Made by a program: the position numbers and the translations under genes. This document shows positions 55,444 through 64,000 of a stretch of DNA of 64,000 bases, piece by piece. Where the stretch lies: positions 1-64,000 of the IMG/VR virus record IMGVR_UViG_3300035158_000183; one strand, 5' to 3'. Within the stretch, counting starts at the first letter, position 1, and each line of letters opens with the position of its first letter. A model generated the notes under the pieces. It was not told where the DNA came from, did no database searches, and saw nothing but the letters and a program-made list of their open reading frames with translations. Source of the stretch: a virus.

Positions 55444-57441
55444 ATGCACAACAAAATGAAGCACGGGGTTGTCACTCCGAATAGGCGAGCCAATGTACCC
55501 GCCAGGGTGGTAAATGTGCACTCGCGTAGGAGAATGGCCAACACTCGCATCAAACTAGATAAGCTACTGCGATCTGCCCGCCCTAAGATATGCATCAAGC
55601 GGCGCCTGGGTGGCATAGGCGATGTGCTTATGACCACACCCCTCACCAAGGCCATTAAGACACTGATACCCCACTGCCATCTGGTGTATGCCACCGACCT
55701 CGAGTACTCTCAGGGTGCTCTAGCGGATATCATCAACCACAACCCATATGTGGACGAGCTTATACCCTTCAACCGGATCCAGGAGAGCGAATATGACTAC
55801 TCTGTCGACGTCACAGCTACGGGGCTGCGGAGAGAGAAGTCAGGCGTTACACCTCCTAACCGGATTGATATGTTCGCTGAGGAGGTAGGTGTAGATATAT
55901 CAGCCGACCCACTGCCTATCTATGTGGTGCAACAGGAGGAACGAGAACGAGCTAAAGCTGAACTCAGGGAGTTAGTCGAGCTGCGCAGGGGACAGAAGCT
56001 CATTGCTATACAGGCTAAAAGCAATGACGCAAGGAGGACATGGCCCTTAGACCACATGGCCCGGCTTCTAACACTCCTAAGCGCCGAAGAACGGATCCAG
56101 ACCCTATTCTTTGACTGGGGCGACACAACTAGTAGATGGTCACCACCTCCAGGAGGACGTGTACATTTCCTGTTCAACAGGAATCTGGCTGATGTGGCTG
56201 CCCTAATGGAGCAGTGTGATCTAGTCGTCTGTCCTGACAGTGCTCTTCTCCACCTAGCCGGAGCCCTACAGAAGAAGATTGTGGCTATATTCGGGCCAAT
56301 CCCACCTGTCAGCAGGATGAATTACTACAGTAACAGCACAGCTGTAGCGCGCCAGCTACCCTGCCAGCCCTGCTGGTACAGTCCCAGGTGTACCAGAAGT
56401 GGTGCCGCTAAGCTAGAGTGCTTGACCGGTATCTCGCCCGAGTCAGTCCTACAGGCTGTCAAGGAACGTCTGGCTACACCTCTCACAACGGTCAAGAGCA
56501 TCATCTATGGCGCCGAGCTGACCGACAAGGGCCAGGACCCCATAATCCTCGTCAAAAGGACCACAGACGGCCTAGGAGACCTCCTGATGACCACTCCAGC
56601 CCTGGCAGCTCTCAAGAACCAGTACCCTGGTAAGCAGCTCCATGTGGCTTGCCAGAGGAAGTTGTGGCCGGTCCTCCAGAACAACCCCGACGTCGATAAG
56701 ATTATAGATATAACAGAAAATATCAACAAGAACCGGTACCACATGATAATCGATATATCTACTCCGTGCGCACGCTATGAGGCGACAAGGGTCTCGGCTG
56801 GCAAGCCAGTCCAAAAAAGCAGAGTAGAGATATTTGCCGAGGCTACTGGAGTACGCGATACCATCCGAGGACTTACTCCTATATACCATGTCACCAAAGA
56901 TGAGACAGCCTGGGCGCAAGAGTTTATGGAGAGGGCTGACCTCAGCAGCGGCAAACCCCGAGTTGGCGTAGCCCTAAGAAGCGCCGAGATGTATAGGAAC
57001 TGGCCTGAAGATCGCTACCAGCGGCTATTCGACCTGGTACAGGAACACATGGACATAGTGATTTTAGACCACTCCAGAGAACACATGTTCAAGGATATAG
57101 TGGACGCCTGCGGCTTCCCACTGCGGAAAGCCATCGCTATATTGTCACAATGTGATGGGCTCATAACAGTCGACACTAGCCTCCTCCACTTCGGAGCGGC
57201 GCTCAAGGTTCCGACCATAGCCTTATTCGGACCTATAGACTATCGCCCACGCTGTAAGGCATACAAAAATGTTACTGTGGTACAATCAGATTTAGACTGT
57301 ATACCATGCTGGCGGAACAGCCGCATGCCCTGTAAGACTACAGGAATAGTAAGAGGATATTCCAAATGTCTGGAAGCTGTATCGGCTGGCCATATAGCTC
57401 GAATAGCAATCCAGAAGTTCGCAGGAGAACACGATGGCTGA
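55444..57441 (+). CDS. Tandem double GT9 (heptosyltransferase-family) glycosyltransferase
   Basis: Two repeats of G(I/L)GD.LMTTP...NP.VD...D(S/T).LLH.....(I/L)FGP...C.PCW. Confidence 0.9.
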   Translation: MHNKMKHGVVTPNRRANVPARVVNVHSRRRMANTRIKLDKLLRSARPKICIKRRLGGIGDVLMTTPLTKAIKTLIPHCHLVYATDLEYSQGALADIINHNPYVDELIPFNRIQESEYDYSVDVTATGLRREKSGVTPPNRIDMFAEEVGVDISADPLPIYVVQQEERERAKAELRELVELRRGQKLIAIQAKSNDARRTWPLDHMARLLTLLSAEERIQTLFFDWGDTTSRWSPPPGGRVHFLFNRNLADVAALMEQCDLVVCPDSALLHLAGALQKKIVAIFGPIPPVSRMNYYSNSTAVARQLPCQPCWYSPRCTRSGAAKLECLTGISPESVLQAVKERLATPLTTVKSIIYGAELTDKGQDPIILVKRTTDGLGDLLMTTPALAALKNQYPGKQLHVACQRKLWPVLQNNPDVDKIIDITENINKNRYHMIIDISTPCARYEATRVSAGKPVQKSRVEIFAEATGVRDTIRGLTPIYHVTKDETAWAQEFMERADLSSGKPRVGVALRSAEMYRNWPEDRYQRLFDLVQEHMDIVILDHSREHMFKDIVDACGFPLRKAIAILSQCDGLITVDTSLLHFGAALKVPTIALFGPIDYRPRCKAYKNVTVVQSDLDCIPCWRNSRMPCKTTGIVRGYSKCLEAVSAGHIARIAIQKFAGEHDG

Positions 57442-58360
57442 GGCTCTACATGTTACCGGCGGGGGTGGACTGGGGGACCTGATATACCACTACTTCTGCA
57501 AGCGTAAGTGGCAGCTGGTCGCACCCATAAAGAAGGCTCATCCGGAGATCAGGATAGTAGGAGTACTGACATGTCATGCTTCTCCAGCTCCCGAACTCAT
57601 TGAGCTAAATCCCCATATTGATGTGGTGGTCACCCATCCGTGGTACCCGCCCAAGCATGCACGCGAACAGATGTGGAGAGAAGTACTCAAAACCGAGGAC
57701 ATCAACACATTTGCCGGTAAGCACAAAATCAAGCCAGACGGGCAGAAACTGTACCTATCCAAGCATGAACAGGGTGTGTACCAGAATCTGGCAGGGAAGC
57801 CCTATATCCTTATGCATCCATTCGCTGGGCTGCCCCATCGGGGCTGCTTGCCCCACCCCAAGGATGGCGAGTATCGCTGCTTCCCCGACTATAAATACAT
57901 CGAGCTTGCCAGGCGCCTAAATGACCAGGGCTTCAACGTAGTTATAGTAGGCTACTCCGAGAAGGCTCGTGGAGGAGCCGCTCGTATTCATGAAAACTTT
58001 CTCGATGTCGATGAACCACCTGGAATTGTTAACTTAATTGACAAGGCTTCTTTACGCTTGAGTGTACAGCTAGCCCGAGGAGCACGTGGCTTCATAGGCA
58101 GTCATAGCAGCATGCTCGCTGCTGCCTGGACCAACCATGTGCCTTCCGTGTTTTTCTATCCCAATGTGGACGACCATGGGAATAAGCGTACCATCAAGAC
58201 ACATGGGGGAGAGACAGGTACATGGCAACTTGAGAAGCCTTACCACTATGGGTTCGAGCTATCACCAAAACAGTTTCTCGACCTGGAGGTTGACGAAGTT
58301 GTAGACCAACTACACACTAATATGGAGGCTAAGCATGGCCAGAAAAAACATTCTGTTTAA
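57434..58360 (+). CDS. GT9-like glycosyltransferase
   Basis: GGLGD, NPHID, NLIDKASL, FIGSHSS. Confidence 0.7.
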   Translation: MAEALHVTGGGGLGDLIYHYFCKRKWQLVAPIKKAHPEIRIVGVLTCHASPAPELIELNPHIDVVVTHPWYPPKHAREQMWREVLKTEDINTFAGKHKIKPDGQKLYLSKHEQGVYQNLAGKPYILMHPFAGLPHRGCLPHPKDGEYRCFPDYKYIELARRLNDQGFNVVIVGYSEKARGGAARIHENFLDVDEPPGIVNLIDKASLRLSVQLARGARGFIGSHSSMLAAAWTNHVPSVFFYPNVDDHGNKRTIKTHGGETGTWQLEKPYHYGFELSPKQFLDLEVDEVVDQLHTNMEAKHGQKKHSV

Positions 58361-59966
58361 TACCACCAGGGGATGGAACCCAGGTGACCAGTTTATTATG
58401 ATGGGTGTCCTGCGCCTAATGCGGTACCTAGAGTTTAATAAGATCATCTATAACCGCCATCCCAACGTCTGGGGCAAGGGCGCTGACAACAGCTTCAAGA
58501 TCGACACTGTCAAGTACGAGCACGAGGACTTCAAGGAGCGGGTCCGGCACAACGCCAAGGGTATTATCGATTACTACATTGCTGCCGGCACCCCAGAGTG
58601 GGATAGCCAGGGCATATTCCCATTGTTCGACCAGCTGATTGCCAACAAGATTCGGTGTTCCTGGATAGGTATAGGGTGCGGGCTCAAGTTGTCAGATCAC
58701 ATCAAGGAACTGTTCAAGCGTACAGATGTTATCACCACTAGGGACCAAGGGGCCTTTAACCTCACTGAAGCCTATAAGCCGATGCGCCTACCCTGCCCTG
58801 CATTCTTCGTGGGCCGCAGGCCAAAGATACGCAAGAACAGCGACAGCCCAGTGGTAGGACTCGTCTATATGTCCGACTGCACAGGGGCTAACCGTATACA
58901 TCCACAGACTAAGCCGGAACTGATTCAGCAGTACACCAAGGCACTTAAGGCCTTTCCTAATGCTGTAGTCATTTGCCACTACATCGACGAGGCCCTTGAG
59001 GCCAGGCGCCTGTGGCCTCAGGCTAATATCTATTACAGTTACAATGCAGATGACTTTGAGCAGTTCTTTGACCTGTGTGATATGACCATAGGGCCAAGAC
59101 TCCATGGAGCTATATTCGGTGCCAGCCTAGGGGCACCTGGGTTTATCGTACTAGACAACCACTCCAGCGACCAGGGCCGAAGACGTGGAGGATCTGAGCC
59201 ACTGGGCATTCAGCCCTTCAATGAAGATCCATCCAACGATATTGTCAAGTTTATTAATGGAGTAGATATTGAGACCGAATCCCGCAGGCTCAGGTATCAT
59301 CGATACCTCACTGAGATCAAGTACATGAACCAGATGTGCAATAGGATGACGCAGGTATTTGGAGACCGGTTCCCAGATTGCAAGAGTTTCCTGGGTGAGA
59401 TGCCTTACTATGCTCCCAAGGGCAACGTACCAGCTCTATACGCCCGTAACTACTATCAATTCTATCGAGTCCTGGGTCAGGACGAGAAGCCAAGAAGCAT
59501 CCTGGAGATAGGTACCCGATATGGGTACTCTCTGATCTCTATGGTACTAGGTGGTATCGACACCGTAGAGCATGTAGTATGCCTGGATAACCAGAGCTAC
59601 GGCAATACATTTGACCTGCCCTCCCAACAGGTTGCTGAGAAAAATCTCCGGGCAGTGGGCTACAAAGGTAAAGCTGAGTTCTATGTCGACAACAGCCGAA
59701 ACCTCAGAGAGCACATATCCGAGGACCGACAATTTGACATAGTACACGTGGACGGTGACCACACCTATGGCGGAGCGAAGAAGAATATGCATCTAGCCTG
59801 GCCTAATGTACGACCTGGTGGTATCATGATTGTTGATGATATCGATAACAAAAGCGTATGGAAAGCAGTCGAGGAATGTATCGATGAGCTTGGGGTCGAC
59901 GATGATAACGTAGATTTCATGGGCTCCAAACACGGCCTCGTCATTATTAGGAAAGCATACCATTGA
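58335..59966 (+). CDS. Polysaccharide pyruvyltransferase fused to class I SAM methyltransferase
   Basis: NPGD, GIG, TTRD, RLHGAI; then LEIGTRYGYS, HVDGDHTY, GGIMIVDD. Confidence 0.82.
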   Translation: MARKNILFNTTRGWNPGDQFIMMGVLRLMRYLEFNKIIYNRHPNVWGKGADNSFKIDTVKYEHEDFKERVRHNAKGIIDYYIAAGTPEWDSQGIFPLFDQLIANKIRCSWIGIGCGLKLSDHIKELFKRTDVITTRDQGAFNLTEAYKPMRLPCPAFFVGRRPKIRKNSDSPVVGLVYMSDCTGANRIHPQTKPELIQQYTKALKAFPNAVVICHYIDEALEARRLWPQANIYYSYNADDFEQFFDLCDMTIGPRLHGAIFGASLGAPGFIVLDNHSSDQGRRRGGSEPLGIQPFNEDPSNDIVKFINGVDIETESRRLRYHRYLTEIKYMNQMCNRMTQVFGDRFPDCKSFLGEMPYYAPKGNVPALYARNYYQFYRVLGQDEKPRSILEIGTRYGYSLISMVLGGIDTVEHVVCLDNQSYGNTFDLPSQQVAEKNLRAVGYKGKAEFYVDNSRNLREHISEDRQFDIVHVDGDHTYGGAKKNMHLAWPNVRPGGIMIVDDIDNKSVWKAVEECIDELGVDDDNVDFMGSKHGLVIIRKAYH

Positions 59967-60796
59967 ATGAGATACCTCGTACCATTGTCGTATACACCAT
60001 CCAACACACCGGCACCAACTTTGTGTGGGGCGGCCTAGTTATACCTGCCGCTCGAGAAGCAGGAGTGGTAGCACACCATCGTGGCATGCACCACGAACTT
60101 AAGGACCACCCGTCCTTAGTGGCCGGTATAGATGAGTGGATCCAGCAGGCTGTCTTGCCGTCTCTGCGACGCAAAACTGCTCTGAAACACATGGATATCG
60201 CTGCAGTATCATTCCATAACGGAAGTGCTAATGAGATGTTCTGTCAGGCACTAGAGCAGGACCCCAATCCAACAGCTCGAGTGATCATACCAATGCGTGA
60301 CCCTCTACTATCCGTACTGTCAGAGCTAAGGCGAGGCTCTGGTCTGTGGCGGTGGAAAGATGGGTCCTTCACAAGCTTGAAGGCCTCCGGAACCTTGGCA
60401 GAGCGGCTAGAGAACCATAAGCACCGTCGGCATAACATTATAGACCGAATCTCACGCTTCAAGCAGCTGCTGTCCTTCAAGGACCGCTGTTGTATATTCC
60501 CAATCGACACACCAGATTTAGCAGACGCCAGCTACCGCATGCAGCAGTGCCGGGATGCCCTGAATTCCTGTGGGCTCCAGGCAGGGAGTGCCTTAGATAG
60601 GTTTGTGGCTAATTGGCAACCCATAGCTGCAACCAAAGCACACATTGATGGCAACTCTATCAAGACTGCCATTATAGAGAATGACACTGAGACTGTGAAA
60701 GAGACACTATCTGTGGAGTTTGAGCATCTACATAAGGATGATATACTCAAGAAACAGCTAGAAGATGTGGGATATCAAGATCTATTATGGTTTTAA
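59963..60796 (+). CDS. Sulfotransferase-like (P-loop) protein
   Basis: TIQHTGTNF (5'-PSB-like), IPMRDPL..S (3'-PB-like). Confidence 0.55.
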   Translation: MNEIPRTIVVYTIQHTGTNFVWGGLVIPAAREAGVVAHHRGMHHELKDHPSLVAGIDEWIQQAVLPSLRRKTALKHMDIAAVSFHNGSANEMFCQALEQDPNPTARVIIPMRDPLLSVLSELRRGSGLWRWKDGSFTSLKASGTLAERLENHKHRRHNIIDRISRFKQLLSFKDRCCIFPIDTPDLADASYRMQQCRDALNSCGLQAGSALDRFVANWQPIAATKAHIDGNSIKTAIIENDTETVKETLSVEFEHLHKDDILKKQLEDVGYQDLLWF

Positions 60797-61491
60797 CCAA
60801 ATCCAAAGAATACGTCCAGAGATTCAGTATGTGCGACTGTATAACACTGCACAGGAAGAACCTGCCTAATGTATACACAGCTCATGGTGCTGGGCTAGAG
60901 CTATTCCTGAAGAGGCTGTGGCCGGGGCGGAAGTGGTACATGCCATATGTGAATAAGCTTGATGATGAGACTCTGCGCCAGCTCAGACCTGTTGCTTACA
61001 CCATACCTAAGAATGTAGACACATTCATATGGTCCACCTTTCATGATGGTGTCAGTAGCTACTGGGACCTAGGGGATGGGGTTAGGTATGCTTACCGGTC
61101 TCGTGGGTCTAAACTCAAGAAACTCGGAATTGCCAAACACGTCCCTGCCCCTCCGGAGAGTGAGTTGCGACAGCAGGTAATTGAACTAGACCAGAAAGTC
61201 ACCAAGATGTGGGGCTCAGATTTGGTTAAGATACTATTGCTATACGACAACTCACGCTGTACACGAGAAGCCACCAAGGACCGCCTGGACAGATTCACAG
61301 CTATAGCCAAGGAAGTACTGGACTGGCCGGTAGTACAAGTCCAGGTAACCGAGAATGACCCACCTGGCCCAGGCCAACCCGGCATGACCGGCACTAAGTG
61401 GCTGGGCTGGGACCACTACTCCAAAGAGACCAGCGATAAAATGTGTAGCGATATCATCCAGATAGAGCAAAATGCTAGGAGAGAGGTATAA
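60787..61491 (+). CDS. Hypothetical protein in glycan cluster
   Basis: Overlaps upstream stop; WDHY near the C-terminus is weakly SGNH-like. Confidence 0.55.
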   Translation: MVLTKSKEYVQRFSMCDCITLHRKNLPNVYTAHGAGLELFLKRLWPGRKWYMPYVNKLDDETLRQLRPVAYTIPKNVDTFIWSTFHDGVSSYWDLGDGVRYAYRSRGSKLKKLGIAKHVPAPPESELRQQVIELDQKVTKMWGSDLVKILLLYDNSRCTREATKDRLDRFTAIAKEVLDWPVVQVQVTENDPPGPGQPGMTGTKWLGWDHYSKETSDKMCSDIIQIEQNARREV

Positions 61492-61492
61492 T

Positions 61493-61705
61493 ATGACACT
61501 ATCAGCATCCGAGAGAGCCCGTCTGGTGGCCGCAGAGGAGACCATAGCTGACCTGGCTCAGCTTGTGAAGGGCGCAGGCAGCAAGAACCAGCTCAATAGA
61601 CTATTGATACTAGCCCAGGAGCAGTGCCGACAGCTTAGTTCTATTGTGGAGACTCTGGAGACTCAGGTCCAGGAGCTTCTGGAACTGGCTCGGAAGCTTC
61701 AGTAA
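61493..61705 (+). CDS. Small coiled-coil protein
   Basis: GAGAGG SD; heptad pattern. Confidence 0.55.
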   Translation: MTLSASERARLVAAEETIADLAQLVKGAGSKNQLNRLLILAQEQCRQLSSIVETLETQVQELLELARKLQ

Positions 61706-61848
61706 GCTCCTCATCCTCTTCCCCCACAATAATAATATCAGGCTGCGGTTCGGTAGGGATTACCCTAGGCTTAGGCCGAGGACGCTTCTTCCGAGGCTTA
61801 GGTGGTGGGTAACGTGTGCCCAGGACGCCATCGTAAAAAACAGCCATA

Positions 61849-62163
61849 TTAACAGTCTATAATACTTTCGTCATCTAGCTCTGTCTTGGCGTAGTTATAC
61901 AAGGCCTTGATGAGGTTCATGTCAGCAGCGTCCAGAACAACAGTTCCTATTGCAAGATCATACCCATCGGAGTTAATACTAAAGCTCAAGCTCTCGCTCT
62001 CCAGTGAGTTCTTACCTGCATTACACTTAGCCTGATCCGGATATACTGCTATAGTAAAGATACATTTCTTGTCTGCCCACGATATCCTCACAAGGTCAAT
62101 CTTATGATAGGCCTCGGCGTGGGTCACTCCATGCGCATCTTCTACTGATCTCTTGAATCCCAT
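61849..62163 (-). CDS. Hypothetical protein (tandem paralog)
   Basis: MGFKRSVEDAHGVTHAEAYHKI...ELDDESII. Confidence 0.7.
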   Translation of the reverse strand: MGFKRSVEDAHGVTHAEAYHKIDLVRISWADKKCIFTIAVYPDQAKCNAGKNSLESESLSFSINSDGYDLAIGTVVLDAADMNLIKALYNYAKTELDDESIIDC

Positions 62164-62172
62164 AATATCTCC

Positions 62173-62499
62173 TTATACATTTACTATGTCTTCGTCATCC
62201 AGCTCAGCCTTGACGAAATCGTACAGAAGCTTAATATGATTGGTGTCTACAGGATCTACCTGGGATGTCCCTATTGTCGCTGTATAGTCAGCAGGCTTGA
62301 CCATGTGGACATATATGCCCACCGGTGCCTCGTCTGCTTCCCTGGCTGCCTGGTCGTGGAATACGAATACCTTGACCCTACATCTCTGCTTGCCAGCCTT
62401 CTCGCTGATGTGCCGTACATCTCGCACTACACCAATCTTATGATAAGCGTTGGGATGTACAGTCTCATCGGCGTCAGTGTACGAAAGTTTGAATGCCAT
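62173..62499 (-). CDS. Hypothetical protein (tandem paralog)
   Basis: MAFKLSYTDADETVHPNAYHKI...ELDDEDIV; AGGAGG SD. Confidence 0.7.
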   Translation of the reverse strand: MAFKLSYTDADETVHPNAYHKIGVVRDVRHISEKAGKQRCRVKVFVFHDQAAREADEAPVGIYVHMVKPADYTATIGTSQVDPVDTNHIKLLYDFVKAELDDEDIVNV

Positions 62500-63592
62500 T
62501 AGACTCCTCCTTGTCTCGCGGAGTATTTCTCCAGAAATTATTCTCGATACTCTCATCCAAGGTTATGGGTGAAGAATCGAGGTCATTACCGCACTCGAAC
62601 CCGCAGGGTTCTTCTTGCCAATTAATTCTATTCTTTTCCGCATCTTCGATCAACTTAGCTCTGAAGCTAGATGAGTGCCTGCACGCTCTACAGTGAGCTT
62701 CTACTACTGGCGCCTGTAACCTAGCGCAAGGCCAGCTTCTACCCTCACGACTAATGGGACGAGTAATATCACGGCTGAACTTAGCTAATGCACTGAAATC
62801 CTTAGCTAAAAACTTATCCCATACATACTCGGCGTCACCCCAGAGATTAGACTTCTTCTGCTCTGGGTAACTACGCTTCAGGTCTGATCTGATAGCCGAG
62901 GCAGCGGCCAAGAAGTTGCCTTCTCCCAAAAACTGCTGAATTCCCAATAGGGTACCCTCGGGATATGAGATGAGGTCATCAAACAGTACGTAGTGGACTG
63001 GAATCTCCGGATGCTTCTTAAGCCAAGCTGCAGCCATGACAGTAGTCTGGATAAACATCTTGGGACTGTGTACTACTTTATCCTGATACAAGTCTATAGA
63101 CTCTCCATTGAGCTTCTTGTACTTCTCATTACGGCGGAGGCGCTCCTGCGACTTAGCAACAGATCTGGGATGCCGCAACATGAAGACGATCTTATCGATA
63201 TAGCGTGGATCTGACTGGGCCAGGCCGCCTGATACTATCTTACAAACTGTAAGATTCCTCTTCGACTCAGCTTCCAATTGCTTAAGCTGGTCTTCCCGGT
63301 TCGGGCGGAACTGCACACCCCTTACTGTGAATGGGCACTCCCAGAAACCTGTAGGATTCAGATCTTTGGCAATCTCGACCTCTTCTAAAGCTTTAGGATT
63401 TGTCTTCCTATAGATATACATCCGATAAGCGTAGTGCTCATCCGACTCGTCGAGACCTTGCTCTAGCTCAAATCGTGACCGGCGCTCTTGGGGAAACTTC
63501 CCACCCAAGATACGTTCTTCCCCTAATGCTATGCTATGGCAGAGCATAGCTAAAGACGTACCTGATCTAGGACACCCAGAAATTACTATCAT
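62474..63592 (-). CDS. Sulfotransferase-family protein
   Basis: ISGCPRSGTS, NPTGFWE, VFMLRHP...SQ. Confidence 0.75.
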   Translation of the reverse strand: MIVISGCPRSGTSLAMLCHSIALGEERILGGKFPQERRSRFELEQGLDESDEHYAYRMYIYRKTNPKALEEVEIAKDLNPTGFWECPFTVRGVQFRPNREDQLKQLEAESKRNLTVCKIVSGGLAQSDPRYIDKIVFMLRHPRSVAKSQERLRRNEKYKKLNGESIDLYQDKVVHSPKMFIQTTVMAAAWLKKHPEIPVHYVLFDDLISYPEGTLLGIQQFLGEGNFLAAASAIRSDLKRSYPEQKKSNLWGDAEYVWDKFLAKDFSALAKFSRDITRPISREGRSWPCARLQAPVVEAHCRACRHSSSFRAKLIEDAEKNRINWQEEPCGFECGNDLDSSPITLDESIENNFWRNTPRDKEESNGIQTFVH

Positions 63593-63999
63593 GATATACC
63601 CCACAGCTGACCCCACTTGGATATAGTGAAAGTCGCAGTATCTACATTAATATATCTGAACAAGCGATCTTGCAAGTAGCCATCGTAGCTTCCCACCGTA
63701 GTTCCGTAGTTTGCTATGCTGTCAGAGTAGTTAGATGAAGGGCCAAAGGCTGTAGAGATGTACGAGGTAGAATAGTGCCCATACGTTGTTGTGTAGCCAC
63801 CACGGTACAATTCATGGTAGGTATTATAGGTCCACGCAAAATACGCTCTGGACGTAACAGACTGAAAATACCACGTGGTAGGGTTCGAGGGGGAGACATA
63901 GGTCGTGTAATAGTACCCGTATGCATATAGCCCCAGCATGCCACCGACGCCTCCACCAGAATACTGCCATATCTCCTTGCGAGTAGAATTACTACCAGG
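63589..63999 (-). CDS. 3' part of a Tyr/Thr/Ser-rich protein (possibly virion or fibre), continues beyond the window
   Basis: Frame is open to the window edge; ATGA-coupled to the sulfotransferase gene. Confidence 0.5.
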   Translation of the reverse strand, partial: PGSNSTRKEIWQYSGGGVGGMLGLYAYGYYYTTYVSPSNPTTWYFQSVTSRAYFAWTYNTYHELYRGGYTTTYGHYSTSYISTAFGPSSNYSDSIANYGTTVGSYDGYLQDRLFRYINVDTATFTISKWGQLWGIS

Positions 64000-64000
64000 C

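Noticed and set aside
354-61705. Alternative genetic code or stop-codon reassignment
   Set aside because: Long genes are intact under code 11, all three stops are used, and no suppressor tRNA was found

Overview
A 64 kb segment of a large tailed-phage-like dsDNA genome (about 50% GC, standard code). Genes are dense and almost all on the + strand up to about 61.7 kb, where a - strand block begins. No capsid, terminase or integrase gene was recognised. Left to right: a truncated TnpB-like remnant; rIIA/rIIB and DNA ligase; a 10 kb region with 11 CCA-less tRNA genes, a CCA-adding enzyme and many small genes; thymidine kinase, DUF932, a WGR-PARP, a Pol-beta-type nucleotidyltransferase, amidase and SLT-like lysins; methionine aminopeptidase, a SpoVG-like protein and split HldE-like heptose enzymes; a plant-Whirly-like protein; a replication block (class II RNR with 2 inteins, RecA with 1, DnaE with 1, UDG, Cas4-like nuclease, primase-helicase, resolvase, sigma-like factor); and a glycan-modification cluster (GT9 domains, pyruvyltransferase-methyltransferase, sulfotransferase-like). 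Most notable: (1) the Whirly-like protein, (2) a tRNA-flanked array of small genes joined by a repeated ~22-nt junction motif, containing an attC-like hairpin and an Sm-like + Ser-X repeat gene pair, (3) a PARP-like enzyme with an intact H-Y-E triad, (4) a heptose supply plus glycan-decoration pathway, (5) tRNA genes that contain the stop codons of upstream genes. All calls come from reading motifs by eye; no searches were run.
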